DNA of 64,000 nucleotides from an uncultured Candidatus Peribacteria bacterium (lineage in GTDB: Bacteria > Patescibacteriota > Gracilibacteria > BD1-5 > UBA2023): assembly GCA_964618565.1 (NCBI GenBank), contig CAZUBA010000002.1, positions 20,029-84,028 of the forward strand, in the 5' to 3' direction. The notes beneath the pieces are model-generated. The model did not search any database, was not told the DNA's origin, and was given only the letters and a program-made list of their open reading frames with translations. This document shows positions 47,641-60,909 of this stretch, in pieces (position 1 is the stretch's first letter; each line of letters opens with the position of its first letter). Made by a program: the position numbers and the translations under genes.

Positions 47641-48666
47641 ATGATTCAAACTCCGGATATTCTTCAGCAATGAAATCTGAAAACCATCCGCGCATGTGCA
47701 CGTATTTTAATCTGCATTAAAAAATTTAAAAGAAAGGCTCTGAATATAATTGAGCCACTTTCCTATCAAACTGCAAACAAAAAAGTTCAAGCTTTTTTAA
47801 AGAATCACACTTCCAGTTCAATATGCCTAAGCAGCGTTCATGATACGCTTGACGCCTTAGAACAAAAGCTTTCTCCCGAACAGATCGATGAATCTGAAAA
47901 ACTATGAATTTATGTTGCGATCCTTTGGTCAAATCTTGATAAGATTTTAGATCATAAAAGTGTAACTGATGATATTTTTTTTATGATTCTAGATCATTAT
48001 TATAGCTTATCTAGGGGTTGATCTGTCAAAAATTTACCTTATGCTCAACCGAAATTTCAAGAATTAGAGATTATCGCAAGAAATATTGCAATGATCATTG
48101 CAAGGCTGCCTCAGAAAGAATTATTCCAAGAAATATTTGAGATTCTTTATAATTCTGTATGTGAACAAAGAAGAGGTGAAATCAGATCAAGAGGTTCGTT
48201 TGATTTCTGGTATCTTGACGAAATTAAAAGTGAACTCAGAACATATAATTGACTTTCAGGCGTTGAACAAGATTGGATTTTCCTTTCTGAACGCTTGTGA
48301 TTGGCCTCAGTCATGCTCTCGGCTTGAGCACCATTCTATTTTCTTACTGAATTTTCTGAAAAAGATAAGGCGGCATTTCTGGATTTGCTTCATTTTTGAT
48401 CAGTCTGACAATTATTAGATGATAGCATTGATGCTGAGAAAGATAATGATAACGGCAAATATTCATTCATGACATTGAAATGAAATAAGAGCATACGTGA
48501 AATTTTCGTTACAAATCAGCGAATTAAAAATATAATCAGGTTCCCTCTTAATTGAAGCTCTTTCCGCACATTCACAGCATTCAGGGATGCTTATCCGATT
48601 CTTAGCAAATTAAGGCCACCTGATAACAAAGCAGATCTTCCTTATGAAATCTGATCTTTAAAGTAA
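47641..48666 (+). CDS. hypothetical protein (341 aa) with one DDxxD-like motif
   Basis: Frame checked. GQLLDDSIDAEKDNDNGK is reminiscent of the second Asp-rich motif of isoprenoid synthases. No first motif was seen. Confidence 0.5.
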
Positions 48667-48679
48667 ATCTGATACATAA

Positions 48680-50485
48680 TTATAGGCTCGTATCATATTC
48701 CTCTAAAAATCAATCTTTTTGAAAATCCACCATTTCCTTATAGGCTTTATTTTTATTGTAAAGGGAATCATGGGATCATGAATCGATTACTTCTCAATTT
48801 TCAAGAAGGAATATTATATCTGAGTTCTTTATAGTTGATAGCCTGTGGGCGATGACTATTGAAGTCCTTCATTTCATGAGGTTGTTCAAAGATTTCTGGA
48901 TGATGCTTTCTGTTTTGGAATCCAGAGCTGAAGTCGGCTCATCAAGGATCAAGATATCAGGATCTCTTAATATGGCTCTTGCGATTGAAAGCCTTTGCCT
49001 TTCTCATCAAGAAAGCTTAAGTCACTTTTCACCTACTTCAGTTTCAAAACCAGCCTCCAGCTTCTCTATGAAATCAAGAATCTCCGCCTTTTTACAAGCC
49101 ATTCTTACTTCTTCTAATGTAGCGTCTTCTTTAATATATTTAAGGTTGCTTAAGATCGTCTCATTAAATACTGTAGTATCTTGAAATACTGCCGCAAATT
49201 TCCCCCTGTAGCTATCAAGAGTATAATCTTTGATATTGATTCAATCAACAATCACTTCTCAAAACTCAGTCTCATAGAATCTTGTCACAAGATTTGATAT
49301 TGTCGTCTTTCAAGATCAGGTATGTCATACAAATGCGACTTTTTGTCATTTTTTTATTTCCAGATTTAGATTTTTAAGTATTTCTCTGTCGCTTTTTTTG
49401 TAATTGAAAGTTATATCTTTTAATACTATATTGTTTTTTAATCAAGAGAATTCGATTTTTCATTCATTCAATTCTTTCGGAGAATCGGTAATTTGTTTTG
49501 TTTTATGAAAATCAGCAAGATCCCTTATGACGGATTGATATGATGATAAGAGACTATCTATGGGTCATGATATCCTTCATGAAATATAGATGAAAACAAG
49601 AAGCTCACCTATCGTCAGGAATCATTTTACTACAAAGAATACTCAAAAAATCATAACAGAAATCTTAGAGAAAGCTTGAACTCATTTTAATATGGTATTT
49701 AAAATATTCCATAAATAGTTGGATGAGGTCTGAATTTTCATGCTTTTTGAAAAATATGATTCAAGTGTTTCATTTTCTTGTTTCTCTTTTGCAAAAAGCT
49801 TTATGATTCCGATATTATTAAGAGCATCATTTAGCCGCTGATAACTCCTATTCCATGCACTATAGGCTTCCTTCTGTATATTAAAGACCTTGCCTCATAT
49901 CTTCAATGTTGCATATATGCTTATTGGCATGAATACCAAAGAAACAAGAGTCATCTTCCAATTAATATAAAGTCAAAATGAAAATAAGCTTATGAAAATC
50001 AATATCTGCGGCAATATCTTATTGAGAAAATTATGTCAAAAGCTCCAGAAAGCATCCGTGCCTTTGTTAAAGATATTTTGTTGAGTTCATGGATTTGTAT
50101 TGACAAAATCGTTATAAGGCAATAATAAAAAGCTTTTTCATATTTTAACAGCATACTTTGCCCAGTCCAAATGCATGATTCGATCGGTGTAATATTCATA
50201 TCATCATTGGGCAAGGATTAAAATTACAGATATTATCCCCCATATGATCGCTAAATAGATAAAATTTGATTTTATTGTTTCGTACGATATTTTATCCGTT
50301 GAAAACTCTTGAATATTATCAATGAATAATTTATAAAAATAAGGCTCTGCAAGAAGAAATGCCGTATTTATCAAAAGCAATAAAAATAACCACCAGAAAT
50401 TTTTTCTGATATGAAGATAATTATTGTAAATATCTTTTATAAGTTCCCATTTTGGAATTGCATGTGTGTCTTTTTCTTCAGTCAT
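48680..50485 (-). CDS. ABC exporter, fused permease/ATPase (MsbA-like)
   Basis: 601 aa. Motifs [42 protein letters not shown]. Frame checked. Confidence 0.85.
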
Positions 50486-50584
50486 TCAGTTCTTGATTAT
50501 AAAATTTATGCTTCAATCCTATACTATATTATTTTAAGGATAAAAGCAAAATTTGAATCGTATTTCCCTAAAGATCGAACAGGC

Positions 50585-50767
50585 TTATGAATTAAAAGAT
50601 ATTTTTGATTTTAGCTTATTATATTCGCTTTCATTTAATTCTAAGGAAGCCACTTTACCATTGACTGAAAAATTAAAATAAACAGTATAGCTGTCTTTTA
50701 TATTTTTTTCCGTGTAAGAAATAAGTCCGCAATTTATAATATTTCACTCTTTTACTTCTGAAAACAT
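50585..50767 (-). CDS. small ORF (60 aa), hypothetical
   Basis: ATG..TAA frame with one TGA. No supporting signals. Confidence 0.3.
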
Positions 50768-51028
50768 AATAATGATGTTATGAAACAATAATTATATCCT
50801 TAGCTATTCAATTATCCAATTAATTTATGAATAAAAATTCAAATTGTACAAGATACGCAGTTGAATTTGCAATCATGAATTGCTTCATAATATGATTTGA
50901 CATAATAATTAATAAAAATATAAATACTGAAACAAAAAGGTTTAAAAAGGAGGAGGTCTGGTTAAAGGAAAAGCTATGCGATGATTGGTTCATTAACCTT
51001 TACGGGCAGTTTTTGAAGGGGGTGCTTC

Positions 51029-51574
51029 ATGGACAAGAAAGCGTGGGATGAGTTTTTTCAAGCCAAGGAAATGTCCAGGTTCATGCTGGAAAACAAATTC
51101 AGGAATCTGGAAGCCATGATGAAAGAGGAGCTCGAAACGAGGGAAACTTACGAAGGGCTTCGGCAATCCAGCTTCCAATTCGAGTTCAAGCTGAAGCCCT
51201 TGGCAAAAATGGGGAGCCTCATCACAGACGTGAAGTCGATCTACTACTGCATCATCGGGAAATTCAACCACGATAAGAGCTTCGAACACTGCAAAGCTAT
51301 GATTGCTGAATTTGAGAAGAAGCTCAAGGAGCTCATCTACTTCGAAGAATGCTGCAAGATGAAGAAGTTCCTCAGGGCCGATGCCCAGTACGAGGAGATG
51401 GAAGCGTTGGGGCTCTTCGAGCTCGGCGACAAAGAACTCGACAAAATCTCTCTGCTGAGGGGTCTCGTCATGCGGTGCGCCTGCTGCTTCAACTTCATGG
51501 AAAGCTCTTCGCTGATCGAGGAATACGAAGGGCTCATGGTGAAAATCCGCCTTTATGAACCAGTTCCCGCGTAG
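51029..51574 (+). CDS. GC-rich, TGA-free, Cys-rich helical protein (181 aa), unknown family
   Basis: Intact in the standard code. G-rich RBS (gaaggggg). TAG stop followed by a strong terminator. Strong GC3 bias, unlike the neighbouring genes. Confidence 0.7.
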   Translation: MDKKAWDEFFQAKEMSRFMLENKFRNLEAMMKEELETRETYEGLRQSSFQFEFKLKPLAKMGSLITDVKSIYYCIIGKFNHDKSFEHCKAMIAEFEKKLKELIYFEECCKMKKFLRADAQYEEMEALGLFELGDKELDKISLLRGLVMRCACCFNFMESSSLIEEYEGLMVKIRLYEPVPA

Positions 51575-51597
51575 CTTCCTACCCAACTCAGATTAAC

Positions 51598-51626
51598 CAA
51601 AACCCCGCATAATGCGGGGTTTTGTT
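51598..51626 (+). terminator. GC-rich rho-independent terminator
   Basis: Stem ccccgca/tgcgggg with loop taa, followed by TTTT. Confidence 0.75.
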
Positions 51627-51695
51627 ATTTCATCATAAGCAGAACCTTAAAAATGCAGCCTAAATATGAACTACACACAGCAATGAGCTTGAGTA

Positions 51696-51723
51696 TTGAC
51701 TTTTTCAACAAAAGCACTATAGT
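51696..51723 (+). promoter_or_regulatory. sigma70-like promoter
   Basis: TTGACT-N16-TATAGT. The -10 element ends 27 nt before the ATG at 51750, the same geometry as at 39406. Confidence 0.5.
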
Positions 51724-51749
51724 CAGAGCATTAATTCTTCTTTATCTGC

Positions 51750-52202
51750 ATGGAAGTCCAAATTGTCAAAAGACTTAAAGAGGCTGAAGAAAAATGGCTC
51801 CTGTCAAATGCTGCTATTGAAAATATAAATTTGCAGATAGTCCAGCTGTTGGAGAAAAGGCCTAGAGAAAGAAGAAAGATGGTATTGACAATACAAAAGC
51901 AAACTAAAGACAAAATCATTGAGCAATTGAATATCATACTTTTATTGCAGAAAATCATATCACAAGAAACAATTATGTCTATTCCGGAAAGCATATTTTC
52001 GGATGTGAATTGCCTCACTGAAGAGGCTAAGAAAATACTCGATCTCATAGAAGACACTGACTCTGATGCTCTGGATGAATTGCTTGAAAAGATAACTTTC
52101 AGAGTTTTTTTCTTAGGGGTTCCTATTTGAGCAAAAGGAAGTGAAACAAGATTCTCTGAAATGATTTCAAAAATTGAATCGAATTTATCAAATATTGATT
52201 AA
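51750..52202 (+). CDS. 150-aa protein of unknown family, paralog B
   Basis: The track ORF continues through TGA 52128-30 to TAA 52200-02. Motifs IVKRLKEAEEKW and FLGVPIGAKGSETRFSEMISKIE. Confidence 0.65.
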
Positions 52203-52298
52203 TTCCCTACCCTATTCCCTTAAAGATGAATCCTTTTATCACTGTTATATGTAGATTCCATTCAGTATACGGATCTGACGATATATAAATATTTACGT

Positions 52299-53063
52299 TT
52301 ATTTGATATTAAAAATAAAATCCTTTAAAGCTGCCATTGAGCCTATATAGGCTTTAGTGATTTCAATGAGCGTTCATTCTGGTTCAAGAGCTTTTCAAAT
52401 ATTTATATACCACTTATTTTGCTTATCTCTATAAACATAAATAGGGATAATGGGGCTATTGTTTTTGATTGCCATCTTTGCAAATCATGGCTTTATTCAC
52501 TCATGCCAAGTCTTTATAGAGTCCAGACGAGTTGAATAAAACCTCTTATCTTTGGTATCATATGCTGTTTCTGGAATAAAATCTTGTTTTCAGCTTCCCC
52601 ACCAATTTCAATATGGAAATATTATAATATTATTATCTTTGAGTCAGTTTAGGATCCGTTTAACATCATGAAAATTCCGCTTTTGGGCAATCTGATTGTT
52701 AGGTACATTCAAATGAATAGGATATCAATCTATTAAAATGCCAAATAGAGCATGAGAAAATCTTGAATGAATGGTATAAATAAGATCAGCCATTCTTGAG
52801 TCTATGGCCATATCGCTATCTCATCTGAATACCACTTTTGATTTTTTTATTCATCTGACTTCCAATACATTTTTTAATGCTCAAAAATCATCCGGCATAG
52901 TAAAAATTTTGTGCCGTAAATCAGAATGAGGTGTTATATGATTTGGTGCAAATATTACAAATTTTCAACTTTTATTTAAATCTGAAACTTTTTCCAATGT
53001 ATTATTGTCATCTCAAACAAAAACTATTTTTGAAACAAATGAATCAATGTTCTCTATTCACAT
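52299..53063 (-). CDS. lysophospholipid acyltransferase (PlsC-like)
   Basis: FAPNHITPHSD (NHxxxxD) and IIIFPYGNWWG. 254 aa. Confidence 0.7.
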
Positions 53064-53267
53064 ATTGATTATTTATTAAACAATCTTTATATAATTATAT
53101 CCAAATAAAGTCATAAAACAAAAATTGCAAGTGATAATTTTGACCCCAATTTAATTAATATTTTCAATATTGGCAAAGAGGGCAGATTTTTGATTTCTAT
53201 ATAAAAAAAGGTATAATATCAGCTATTTCTATATTAAATAAAATGACTATCTTTTTATTTGAAATAT

Positions 53268-55079
53268 ATGAAAAATACAACTATTTCTTCAAAAAATAAG
53301 GCATTGAAAATACTGTTAATCATCGTCTTCATAATCCTATGATTTTTAATATTTCTAAGCTTTAGAATAACATTCAATTGATTTAAAGATGATAGCTTAT
53401 CTTATATGGATGAAAATTTAACTACAGAACAGAGGGTGACCGCTTTAATGGAGCAGATGACCGTTTCTGAAAAAATATGACAGATGATTCTAGTGGAAAG
53501 AGGAAGTATCTTTGATCCTCTGGATATTGCAAAATATTCTATATGAGCTGTCTTAAATGGCTCTGGGGACAATCCATTTCTCAACACCTCTTCCGGTTGG
53601 CTTGAAATGGTAAATAATATGCAGGCGTATGCTCAAAGAAGCAGATTAAGAATTCCGCTTCTTTATGGCGTTGATACAACACATTGACATACAAATGTGC
53701 ATGGCGCAACAGTCTTCCCTCATTCGATTTGATTGTGAGCGACCAGAGATGCAGATCTTGTAAGAAGAATCGGAAAGGCTACAGCCGAAGAAATGGTGGC
53801 TACAAATATCTTTTGGTGATATTCTCCAAATCTTGATATAGCAATTGATCCAAGATGGGGACGTTTTTATGAATCTTTTGGGTCTGATCCAAATTTAGTA
53901 TGAGAACTGGGACAAGCTTATATAGGATGATTTCAATCAAATCTCTCAAATGGTGCAAGAGCAATGGCTACTGCGAAGCATTATCTTGGTAACGGCTCTA
54001 TGGTATGGGGCAGCTCTTCACAGAGCAATTATTTTATCGATAAATGATGATCATTCATAAGTGAAAAGGAATTAAGAGAAGTGCATCTGGTCCCCTTCAA
54101 AAAAGCTGTAGATGCAAAAGTCTGATCTGTGATGATAGGCCTCAATAGCTGGAAATGAGTTAAGGTAAGCGCAAATAAATATCTCATTACAGATTTGCTT
54201 AAGAAAGAACTGTGATTTGATGGAATAGTGATTTCTGACTGGTACTGAGCATATGAAATAGAATGGAATGGGTATAAGTCCCTTATAAAGGCAATAAATG
54301 CAGGCATAGACATGGTAATGCTGCCATATGATTACAAATCATTCAGTGCCAATATGGAAACTGCAGTAAAAAAATGAGATGTTTCAATGGAACGGATTGA
54401 TGATGCAGTGAGAAGAATCCTGACAAAAAAAATTGAATTATGATTATTTAAAAAAAATCTGATTCCAAAAAAAGATTTTCAAATATTTTGATCAACTGAA
54501 CATCGAAATATTGCAAGAGAAGCAGTTAGAAAATCCTTAGTTTTATTAAAAAATAATGATAATCTTCTGCCATTATCAAAGGAAACAAAAAAAATAATAA
54601 TCTCAGGATCTGCTGCAAATAATCTGGGCAAGCAATCTTGAGGGTGGACAATAGAATGGCAAGGAGTAGATTGAAATAAATTCCCAGGCACAACAATATT
54701 ATCAGGTATAAGAAATATCGTTTCAAAGAACACCGATATTGAATTCAGTGAATTATGAGATTTCTGAAGTTCGGAAATTGCAGATGTAGGAATTGCAATT
54801 GTGTGAGAAGATCCGTACGCTGAATGAGTCTGAGATAAAAGAATGCTTGTTTTAAGTAATCAAGATTTGGCTGCCATACAAAAAACAAAATCATCATGCA
54901 GAAGGCTTGTTGTCATCATCATCTCTGGAAGACCGATTAATATAAGGAACCAAGAAAAAGATTGGTGAGCCATAATCGCAGCCTGGCTTCCATGAAGCGA
55001 ATGACAAGGTGTTGCTGATGTCATATTCTGAGATTACCCTTTTACTGGACAATTGCCGGTAAAATGGGATTTAAAATAA
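53268..55079 (+). CDS. glycoside hydrolase family 3 (beta-glucosidase/BglX-like), membrane-anchored
   Basis: 603 aa. Motifs KIGQMILVE, GVDTTHGH, KHYLGNG, GIVISDW, GEDPYAEG. Frame checked by triplets. Confidence 0.85.
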
Positions 55080-55083
55080 TTTG

Positions 55084-55116
55084 AAAAAAGAACCTGAATT
55101 TTCAGGTTCTTTTTTG
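55084..55116. terminator. bidirectional terminator
   Basis: Stem gaacctgaa/ttcaggttc flanked by A and T runs. Confidence 0.65.
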
Positions 55117-55133
55117 CAATAATGATATATCCT

Positions 55134-58100
55134 TTAAATATCTTCTTTTGAAAAGTTAATGGAATCATGGGCTGCTTTTTTACCGAAAGCATAGAAAACT
55201 CAAGGCCTTATGAACAGCTCAACTATAGTCGAAAGTATTATTCAGCCGAATATCACTGTTGCAAGCGGATTCAAGAACTCTTTTCATGTCGCATCTCAGG
55301 CAATAAGAAGAGGAATAAGTGCGAGCGAAGCAGTCAAGGCAGTCATCATTACAGGAGTCACTCTTTCGAGTGATCATTTTATTACCATTTCTTCTGACCA
55401 TTCCATTTTATCAACCTTAAGCAGATGCAGATAATGGGATAACAGCATTATTCCATTTCTTGATACGATTCAAATAAGAGAAATGAATCAGACAAGATGA
55501 GCAGTAGAAACAACATTTCAAGTTATTGCAATTGCAATCATTCAGCCTAAGAATGCAGTAAATACATCAAGGAATATCTGTCACACCAGAAGCATGCTTC
55601 TGAAATGCCAATACAATATTGCAGTTACTCATATAATCACAATTATGCTTATTAAAAATAGTCTTTGGCTAGCCTCTTTCTGATTCTTATAATCTCATTC
55701 GTAAGAAACGAAATATCCATCGGGCATTTTGATATTGCCGATATTGGCTTTTATTTCTTCCACAACTGACACTACATCCCTATCCTTTACGAATCAGCTT
55801 ATTATTATTCTTCTTTGAGCTCAATCATGGCTTATTGCATTCTGTCACTCGGTCTTCTGGATTACAGAAAGCTGATTGAGCGTTACCGGTTTTTCATATC
55901 ATGATGGAACAAGAGTATTTCCAAGAGCAGCCATTTCTCATTTCCAAGAAGGATCATATTTTACGATTATGGGATATCTTTCGTTTCAATCCAATACTTC
56001 TGTAGCCTGCATTCACATGAAAGACATTTCAAGCTGCTCATTCATCATTCAAATATTGACTCAATTATACAATGAAGCATCTCTATCGGTATAAATTGCA
56101 ACTTGAGGAACTTTTAATTCTTGCTCGACTTGCGCATTTATGACTCATGGAGTTTTTTTCATGGCCGCAAGAACATTTTGTGCTTGAGTCTGAAGAGTGT
56201 CCAGATCTTTTCAATATAATTTTAATACTATCGGAGCTCTGACTCATGATATTAACATCTGCAATCTATGCGTTATAGGTTGTCATAATGTAAATAATGC
56301 CTTTCATTTATATGAATCATATATTGCTTGAATATCATTTTCTATATCTTTCTTTTTAGCGATATCCGTGTCTATCCAGATTTCGAATTCTGAGCTATTC
56401 ACTCCACTGGCATGAGCGTCAGCATCTGCCCTACCCACCGTAGCAGCAAAAGATTTGACTCATTTTACATTAAGGACTTTTGCACTGACTTCCTTAACCA
56501 TATTCTTAGTGTACTCAAGCGAGCTTCAAATAGGAGCATACATCATTGTGGTATATGTCGGTTCATTGAAAGTTGGTAGTCATTCTTTTCAAGCTTGCAT
56601 GAATAATGTCACAGTTATCACAATGCTTGAAAGTGCTCATATCAATATTTTCTTTGGGTGTTTCAAACTGAAATGAATCGGAAATAAAGCCCAATTTTTA
56701 ACTTTTTTGATCATTGCAGTATCGTCTCTCTCAAATCAAATAGGAAGATTCTTATTCTCTTCCGGATCAAATTTAAGCTTATCGCTTCTTCTTTGGATAT
56801 ATTTCGGCAAAAGATAATAGCATAATACCGGCACTATCGTCAGAGAAACAAATAATGAAGAAATGAGCGATAGGATATATGCCGTTCAGATCGGAGCCAA
56901 TAATTTACCATCCACTCAAGGTAAGAACAGTAGCGGCAAGAATACGACTACCACAAGAATAGTTGCATAAACTATAGAATTCCTGACCTCAGAAGAGGCT
57001 TCATATATCACAGTTAAAGATTTCCTCCTTTGATCTGACGGCAGAAGTGAATTCTCTCTCAAGCGCCTGAAGACATTCTCAACATCGACAATCGCATCAT
57101 CAACCAATTCTCATATCGCAACAACAAGTCAACCCAGTGTCATGACATTTATTCATAGTCACATGAATTTGAATATTATGAATGTTATGAGAATTGAAAT
57201 AGGTATTGCCGTAAGAGTAATAGCAGTAGTTCTTACATTCATCAAGAAAAGGCTTAAGATTATCAGAACCATTATGGCAGAATCCCTTAATGCTTCTTCA
57301 ACATTGCTAAGTCATCATTCGATGAACCATTGCTGCTTGAATATATCTGATGTAAGGATGGTATCTTTTGGCATATTCTTCTGAAGATCTTCAAAAGCCG
57401 CATCTATATTCTTGGTCAGTTCAAGAGTATTCACATCAGGCTGTTTGATAATCCTGAGAATAACTCAGGGCTCTCAAGCAATAAGCGCATCTCATCTCCT
57501 ATTCGGATCCGGTGCAAATATGACATCAGCAACATCTCAGACAGAAATTGTCTTTAGGTCTGAATAATTTACACCTGCACCCCCTCCTCACATAGAACCT
57601 CCTCAGGCAATCTGAGCCTGTCATAGGGGCACGTTTTTAACAACAACCTTCTTTATCTCACTTGCAAGATTTGTTCTTCAGATTATACGTATAGGGGATT
57701 CCTTTGATCATTCGATCAGAAATCCTCATCATCTGTTTTCGTTCGATTGCTCAATAGATTTCAGAACCTCATCGATAGTTATTCCGTATTGGATAAGCTT
57801 CTCAGGCTTCACTAGGACTTGATATTGTTTTGCTTCTCATCACATCACCAGAACATTCGCAACTCATGGAATAGTAAGAAGCCTTTGCCTTATTGTCCAA
57901 TCTGCAATGCTTCTTAATTCCATAGGAGAAACGGTTCATTTCGGGGAAGATAAGCCTCACCACACTATCTCTCAAAGAAGTGAAGTGGTAGGGCCTAGAG
58001 TCGTTTTGGAATTTTTAGGCAGATTTATAGATTGAAGTTTTTCTGTAATTATCTGTCTGTTTCTGTATATGTCACTTCACCAATCGAACTCTACATTGAT

Positions 58101-58376
58101 TATTCAGAGTCAGATTGAACTGACACTTCTTATTGAAGTTATTCATGGAGAACCATTTATTCATCTTTCAATAGGAAAAGTGACAAGATTTTCAATCTCT
58201 TCTGGACTTAATCATTCTTTTTCTGCAAATATCGTAACTGTAGGTCTATTCAGATCAGGCAATACATCAATAGGCAACTTAGTCAAAGTGAAGCCTCACC
58301 ATAAGAGAAGCACGACATATACAGCAACAATCAAAAGCCTATTTTTCAAACAGAACTTAATTATATCATTTAGCAT
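55134..58376 (-). CDS. heavy-metal efflux RND transporter, CusA/CzcA family
   Basis: 1080 aa. Every line checked for in-frame TAA/TAG. Motifs [12 protein letters not shown] and [22 protein letters not shown]. Confidence 0.9.
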
Positions 58377-58409
58377 ATATTTCGGTTTTAATTAATAATT
58401 TTTAGGATA

Positions 58410-60551
58410 TTATTTCTTTTTCATGTCGTGTCATGCATGCTCTCATGCTCAGAATTGATCAGCTGAAGCCGCTTCTCATTTTACAGCATCAGCAAATGTA
58501 TATGTAACAGGAAGTCAAACCTCGAGCTTCATTCATCCATCTTCAATTACAACTTTAGTACCTATTTTCAATCCTTCAGTTACAATAACCTGATCTCAGA
58601 ATGTTCTAGAAGTCTTTATCACCTGTTTTTGTATAGTATCTTTCAAGACTTTAAGAACATACATTTCTCAATTTTCATCTTGTTTTATAGACTTCACAGG
58701 AATGCTTAACTGAACATTATTCGGATCAGATAGACTGACTCTTATGCTGCTTCAGATTAAGATTTCCTCTGATTCGTCTCATTCAACCATAGCTTCTACT
58801 ATTACTCATTTAGATGCAACATTTATGGCCGGAGCTACTCTTTTTATCGTTGCAGCATATTTCTTCAATGGTTCTATGGTTCTGATGAATGATACCTCTT
58901 GTCAGATTTTGACTTTAGAGAATTCTGACTCAGGAATTTCAAATCTTACAAATATATTAGCTTTTCTTTGAACTCCATCTTGAACTATATCAAATATAGG
59001 AGAAGTCATTCCAATGGATTCTCAAACATTTATAGTTCTTTTTGTTATTTTTCAAGAGAAAGGAGCCTTTATGTCATTTGAGAATCATGCTCAGTCAAAT
59101 AAGCTCAATCATAGATTAGCACTTTCCAGATCGGCTTTGGCATCTATGAGCATCTTCTGAGCTTCATTGACCATCTTATCAGCTTCAACTATAGACATCT
59201 GCTGGCTTGCACTGTCATTTGCAAGCATCTTATTCGTTTCTGCTTCCATTTTGATAGCTTCATTATCTGCCATTGTCTTCATATTTTGAGTTTCAGCTGA
59301 CATTCTATCTTTTTCAGCTATTGCCATTGCGAGATCTTTTTCCATGACAATTTTCTCGGAATCCAATTTCTGCAACATAAGCTTTTCATCGGAAACATCT
59401 GCTCAAGCCATATTCTTTTCTTTGGCAAGCATGCTAAGTTGCTCATTATACATATTAAGATTTGTCTGAATACCATTCATTTCATCTGTTTTTGCCATAA
59501 TAAGCATTGTCTTATCTGCATTCAACATAACTTCATCATATTCTGCGTTCAACAGAGTGTTATCCAAAACTTTAAGTCAAGCATCGACAGCCAAAAGCAT
59601 ATCTTTTGCTAGTGAGAATATCTCGTCCTGTGAAAGCGAATCAATAGCCTTCATTCTAGGATAAACTCCTGACATGGCATCGCCTAGGGCACTGATAGAG
59701 CCTGGTTCTTTTGCTCAAAGATAATATCTGCCATTCAGATAATTCGGATTATTGTTCAGATTATATGCCGATGCATAAAATACTCTTGTTAAAGTATTAT
59801 AAGCATTCTTAACGCTGGATTTTATATTTCAAGATGCGATTTTTAATTTGCTGTCTTCAAGATTGACTCAAGCATCAGTCTTGGCGGTCATATTCTCAAT
59901 CTTTTTCTGCTGAACAAGAATTTCTGTATTGAGCAGTCCAAGGTTTGCTTGCATCTTCTCTATCTTTGCATCTTGTTCCAATATTGTACTTTCAAGCTGT
60001 TTTTGAGTACTATCTCAGACTCTGGACTTAATAGATATGGCACTTTCTAATGTTTTCTTGCTTCAATCTATCATCAATTGCGTTGCCTTGATCATCTGCA
60101 GTCTTCTTTCTTCGGCTCATTTTAATGTCAACTCTGCTGATTTGACCATTCATAGGGCCTTGATTTTCATTGTCTTCCTTTCAACAACCATATTTGCCAA
60201 ATCAGGATTGAATTCAGCTGGCAGCAGTTTTGCGACTACTTGTCATTCTTTTACAGTGCTTCCTACATCGACAAGAAACTTGTCGATAATTCAGCTTCTA
60301 TAAGAATATATCTTTCAATTTTTTTCTGATAAGACTTCTCAGAGATATGTCGTCTCCGTTGTGCTTCCGCTATTTGCTTGGGTCGGATTTATGACTCAGA
60401 CATTCATCAGCTTGCTTTTCTTTGCAGTTGTTTTTGCAGCCATTGGCATCTCCTTTTTGCTTGAATCACTGAAATAATAATTTCCTGCATAGGCGACCGA
60501 TGATATGACAAAAATAGTCAGAAATACTTTTAGCATTCTACTTTTTTTCAT
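58410..60551 (-). CDS. RND periplasmic adaptor (MFP/HlyD family) with very long Met-rich coiled coil
   Basis: 713 aa, read codon by codon. N-terminal signal/TM. Beta-barrel-like C-terminus (FVRFEIPESEF..., VLKVLKDTIQKQVIKT). Confidence 0.75.
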
Positions 60552-60591
60552 AATATTAATTTAAGATAATAATTTTGCTTTATTCTTGAGA

Positions 60592-60909
60592 TTATTCTTG
60601 ATGAGTTTCTCATTCCATAGCTGACCCGTCATCCATTTCATGACTTGCTTCTGGAGCCTTAGCTTCTCAGACTATGCTTTCTTCATCCACTTCTGTTCAG
60701 CTCATGCTTTCTACAGTTCAGCTCATAGAGGATCCGTCATCCATAGGATGATTTTCTGATTCTTCGTTTACCTTCACAGCTTCTTCATGAGTTTCTCATT
60801 CCATCTGCTTACCGTCATCCATATTATGAGATGCTCCAGTTCAGCATGAATTAAGTAAAAAAATTGAGGAAATAGCTAATAATGCGATTAATAATGATTT
60901 TGCTTTCAT
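60592..60909 (-). CDS. lipoprotein with three H-x-MDDG...M-x-G repeats (putative metal-binding)
   Basis: LLNSCG lipobox. Repeats SHNMDDGKQMEGETHEE, NHPMDDGSSMSG and SHEMDDGSAMEGETHQE. First gene of the efflux operon. Confidence 0.65.

Noticed and set aside
48098-48418. A 106-aa TGA-free ORF in an alternative plus-strand frame.
   Set aside because: The overlapping frame 47641..48666 is continuous for 341 codons and gives a more protein-like sequence (AAFLDLLHFGSVGQLLDDSIDAEKD). The 106-aa frame looks like a chance open frame in AT-rich DNA.
50993-51586. A 197-aa minus-strand ORF exactly overlapping the 181-aa plus-strand ORF.
   Set aside because: Long antisense ORFs are expected in GC-rich sequence. 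Only the plus strand has an RBS, a sensible protein composition and a downstream terminator.
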